From assembly GCF_018977255.1 (NCBI RefSeq), contig NW_024704746.1, positions 18,414,001 through 18,478,000 on the forward strand: a DNA stretch of 64,000 nucleotides, written 5' to 3'. Both the position numbers and the translations under genes were made by a program. Numbering within the stretch: the first letter of the stretch is position 1; each line of letters opens with the position of its first letter. Below, in pieces: positions 62,816 through 64,000 of the stretch. The notes beneath the pieces were generated by a model, which did not search any database, had not been told where the DNA came from, and saw only the letters and a program-made list of their open reading frames with translations. The stretch comes from Callorhinchus milii (Eukaryota).

Positions 62816-63322
62816 GAAGTAGTAACTAACGTGGCCAAAAGCATCAGACGCTTTAGGAAATGTCACTCAAGAATATTTGCTAAGAAATGTAAACAGGAGC
62901 ACAAAGGTTTTATGATTGTGGTCTTTTTGTCCCCTCCCCCAATCCATCCCTCCTGGCTATTTTTGTCTTTCGCATCGTAGATAACTCAGCCTAAACTTGT
63001 CACAAATTGCCTTGTCTTGCAAGCTCATGTTTAAATAAAAGCTGAGACTTTTCCAGTGCTGCAACTCCCAGTTGTCTGTTCAACTCTTAGTTGCTTTTTG
63101 TGAAATGGTTAATGAGATTGGAAGTTCTTCAATCCTTAATCTATATATTCACTGTTTTTACAATTGCTTCTATCACGTCTCCCTAATGCGAGTTTTATTT
63201 ATGCGCATGTTTTGAGATGAACATGTTCCACGTTGAGATAAAAATCACGAAAACATTTTTTGAAAAGAATCTTGGCAAACTCAGCAGTATTCTAAAAGAT
63301 TGTTTTGCAGTGAAGATTTTAA

Positions 63323-63430
<108 letters not shown>

Positions 63431-64000
63431 TAGGTATGTTTAAATGGCCAGGAAAAGAGGGAACAGTTTTCCAAGGTCATTAAAGCTTAAAGGTACAAAA
63501 GGGACCAATTGTCAAATATCTAGGAAATTTACCAGTTTGGTTGAGAGAATTTCTCTGATCGGTCGGTAATTTTAGTGTGTGTTCAAAATATTTTCAGTCT
63601 CATTATGACACTAATTGTCTTTAGTTTGGAAGGAAAACCAGATGTCACAGAAGTGGCATGTTCTTATTTGCATCCTCCAAAAGATCTGTGTAACTATGAA
63701 ACACTTTAAATAGCTGCTTGAAGTGAATGTTCAGTGTCTGTAACTGATTTTTCTTCCCTATTGTTGCATTCCAACTGATGTTTAAAGATTTCATGAAAAA
63801 GTGCCAGGAGCTTTAAATAAACTCTATCTGATTATTTCTTAATTTTAATCCGTTTTGACAATACAAATGTCCTATATGGCACGAAGCCCAGAAACCATCA
63901 GTGTTAAACTTACTTGGAAACATCCTCTTGATTGAGTTATGTAAGTGTCTTAATTAAGGGCATATTTAGCATTACATCTGTATTTTCCTACAAGCAAAAT

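Overview
This is vertebrate genomic DNA, not prokaryotic, so there are no CRISPR arrays or operons. The repeat content (tRNA-headed SINEs with L2-type tails, Deu-domain SINE relics, L2 and CR1 3' ends) and the compact introns suggest a cartilaginous fish, probably a chimaera/holocephalan; the species assignment is inference. Three spliced genes lie on the + strand in the known gnathostome order BRDT - EPHX4 - BTBD8, each with a CpG-island 5' region. I assembled the exons by hand using GT-AG sites and reading-phase continuity. (1) A BET bromodomain gene has 20 coding exons (11052-28658, about 1170 aa: BD1, BD2, ET, SEED, long Pro/Gln region, C-terminal motif); it is BRDT by N-terminus and synteny but retains BRD4-like features. 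(2) EPHX4 has 7 coding exons (31641-44264, about 363 aa). (3) The first 5 coding exons of BTBD8 run from 53440 to 63429 and the gene continues past the window. The best leads are: an in-frame stop built into the donor after the SEED exon, which would give a BRD2/3-like short BRDT isoform; an exact 40-bp direct repeat flanking the last BRDT exon; an L2 insertion with a twin-priming-like 5' inversion; Glu in place of Asp at the predicted EPHX4 charge-relay position; and a G4-prone minisatellite splitting the BTBD8 CpG island. Homology statements come from recalled sequences, not from database searches.
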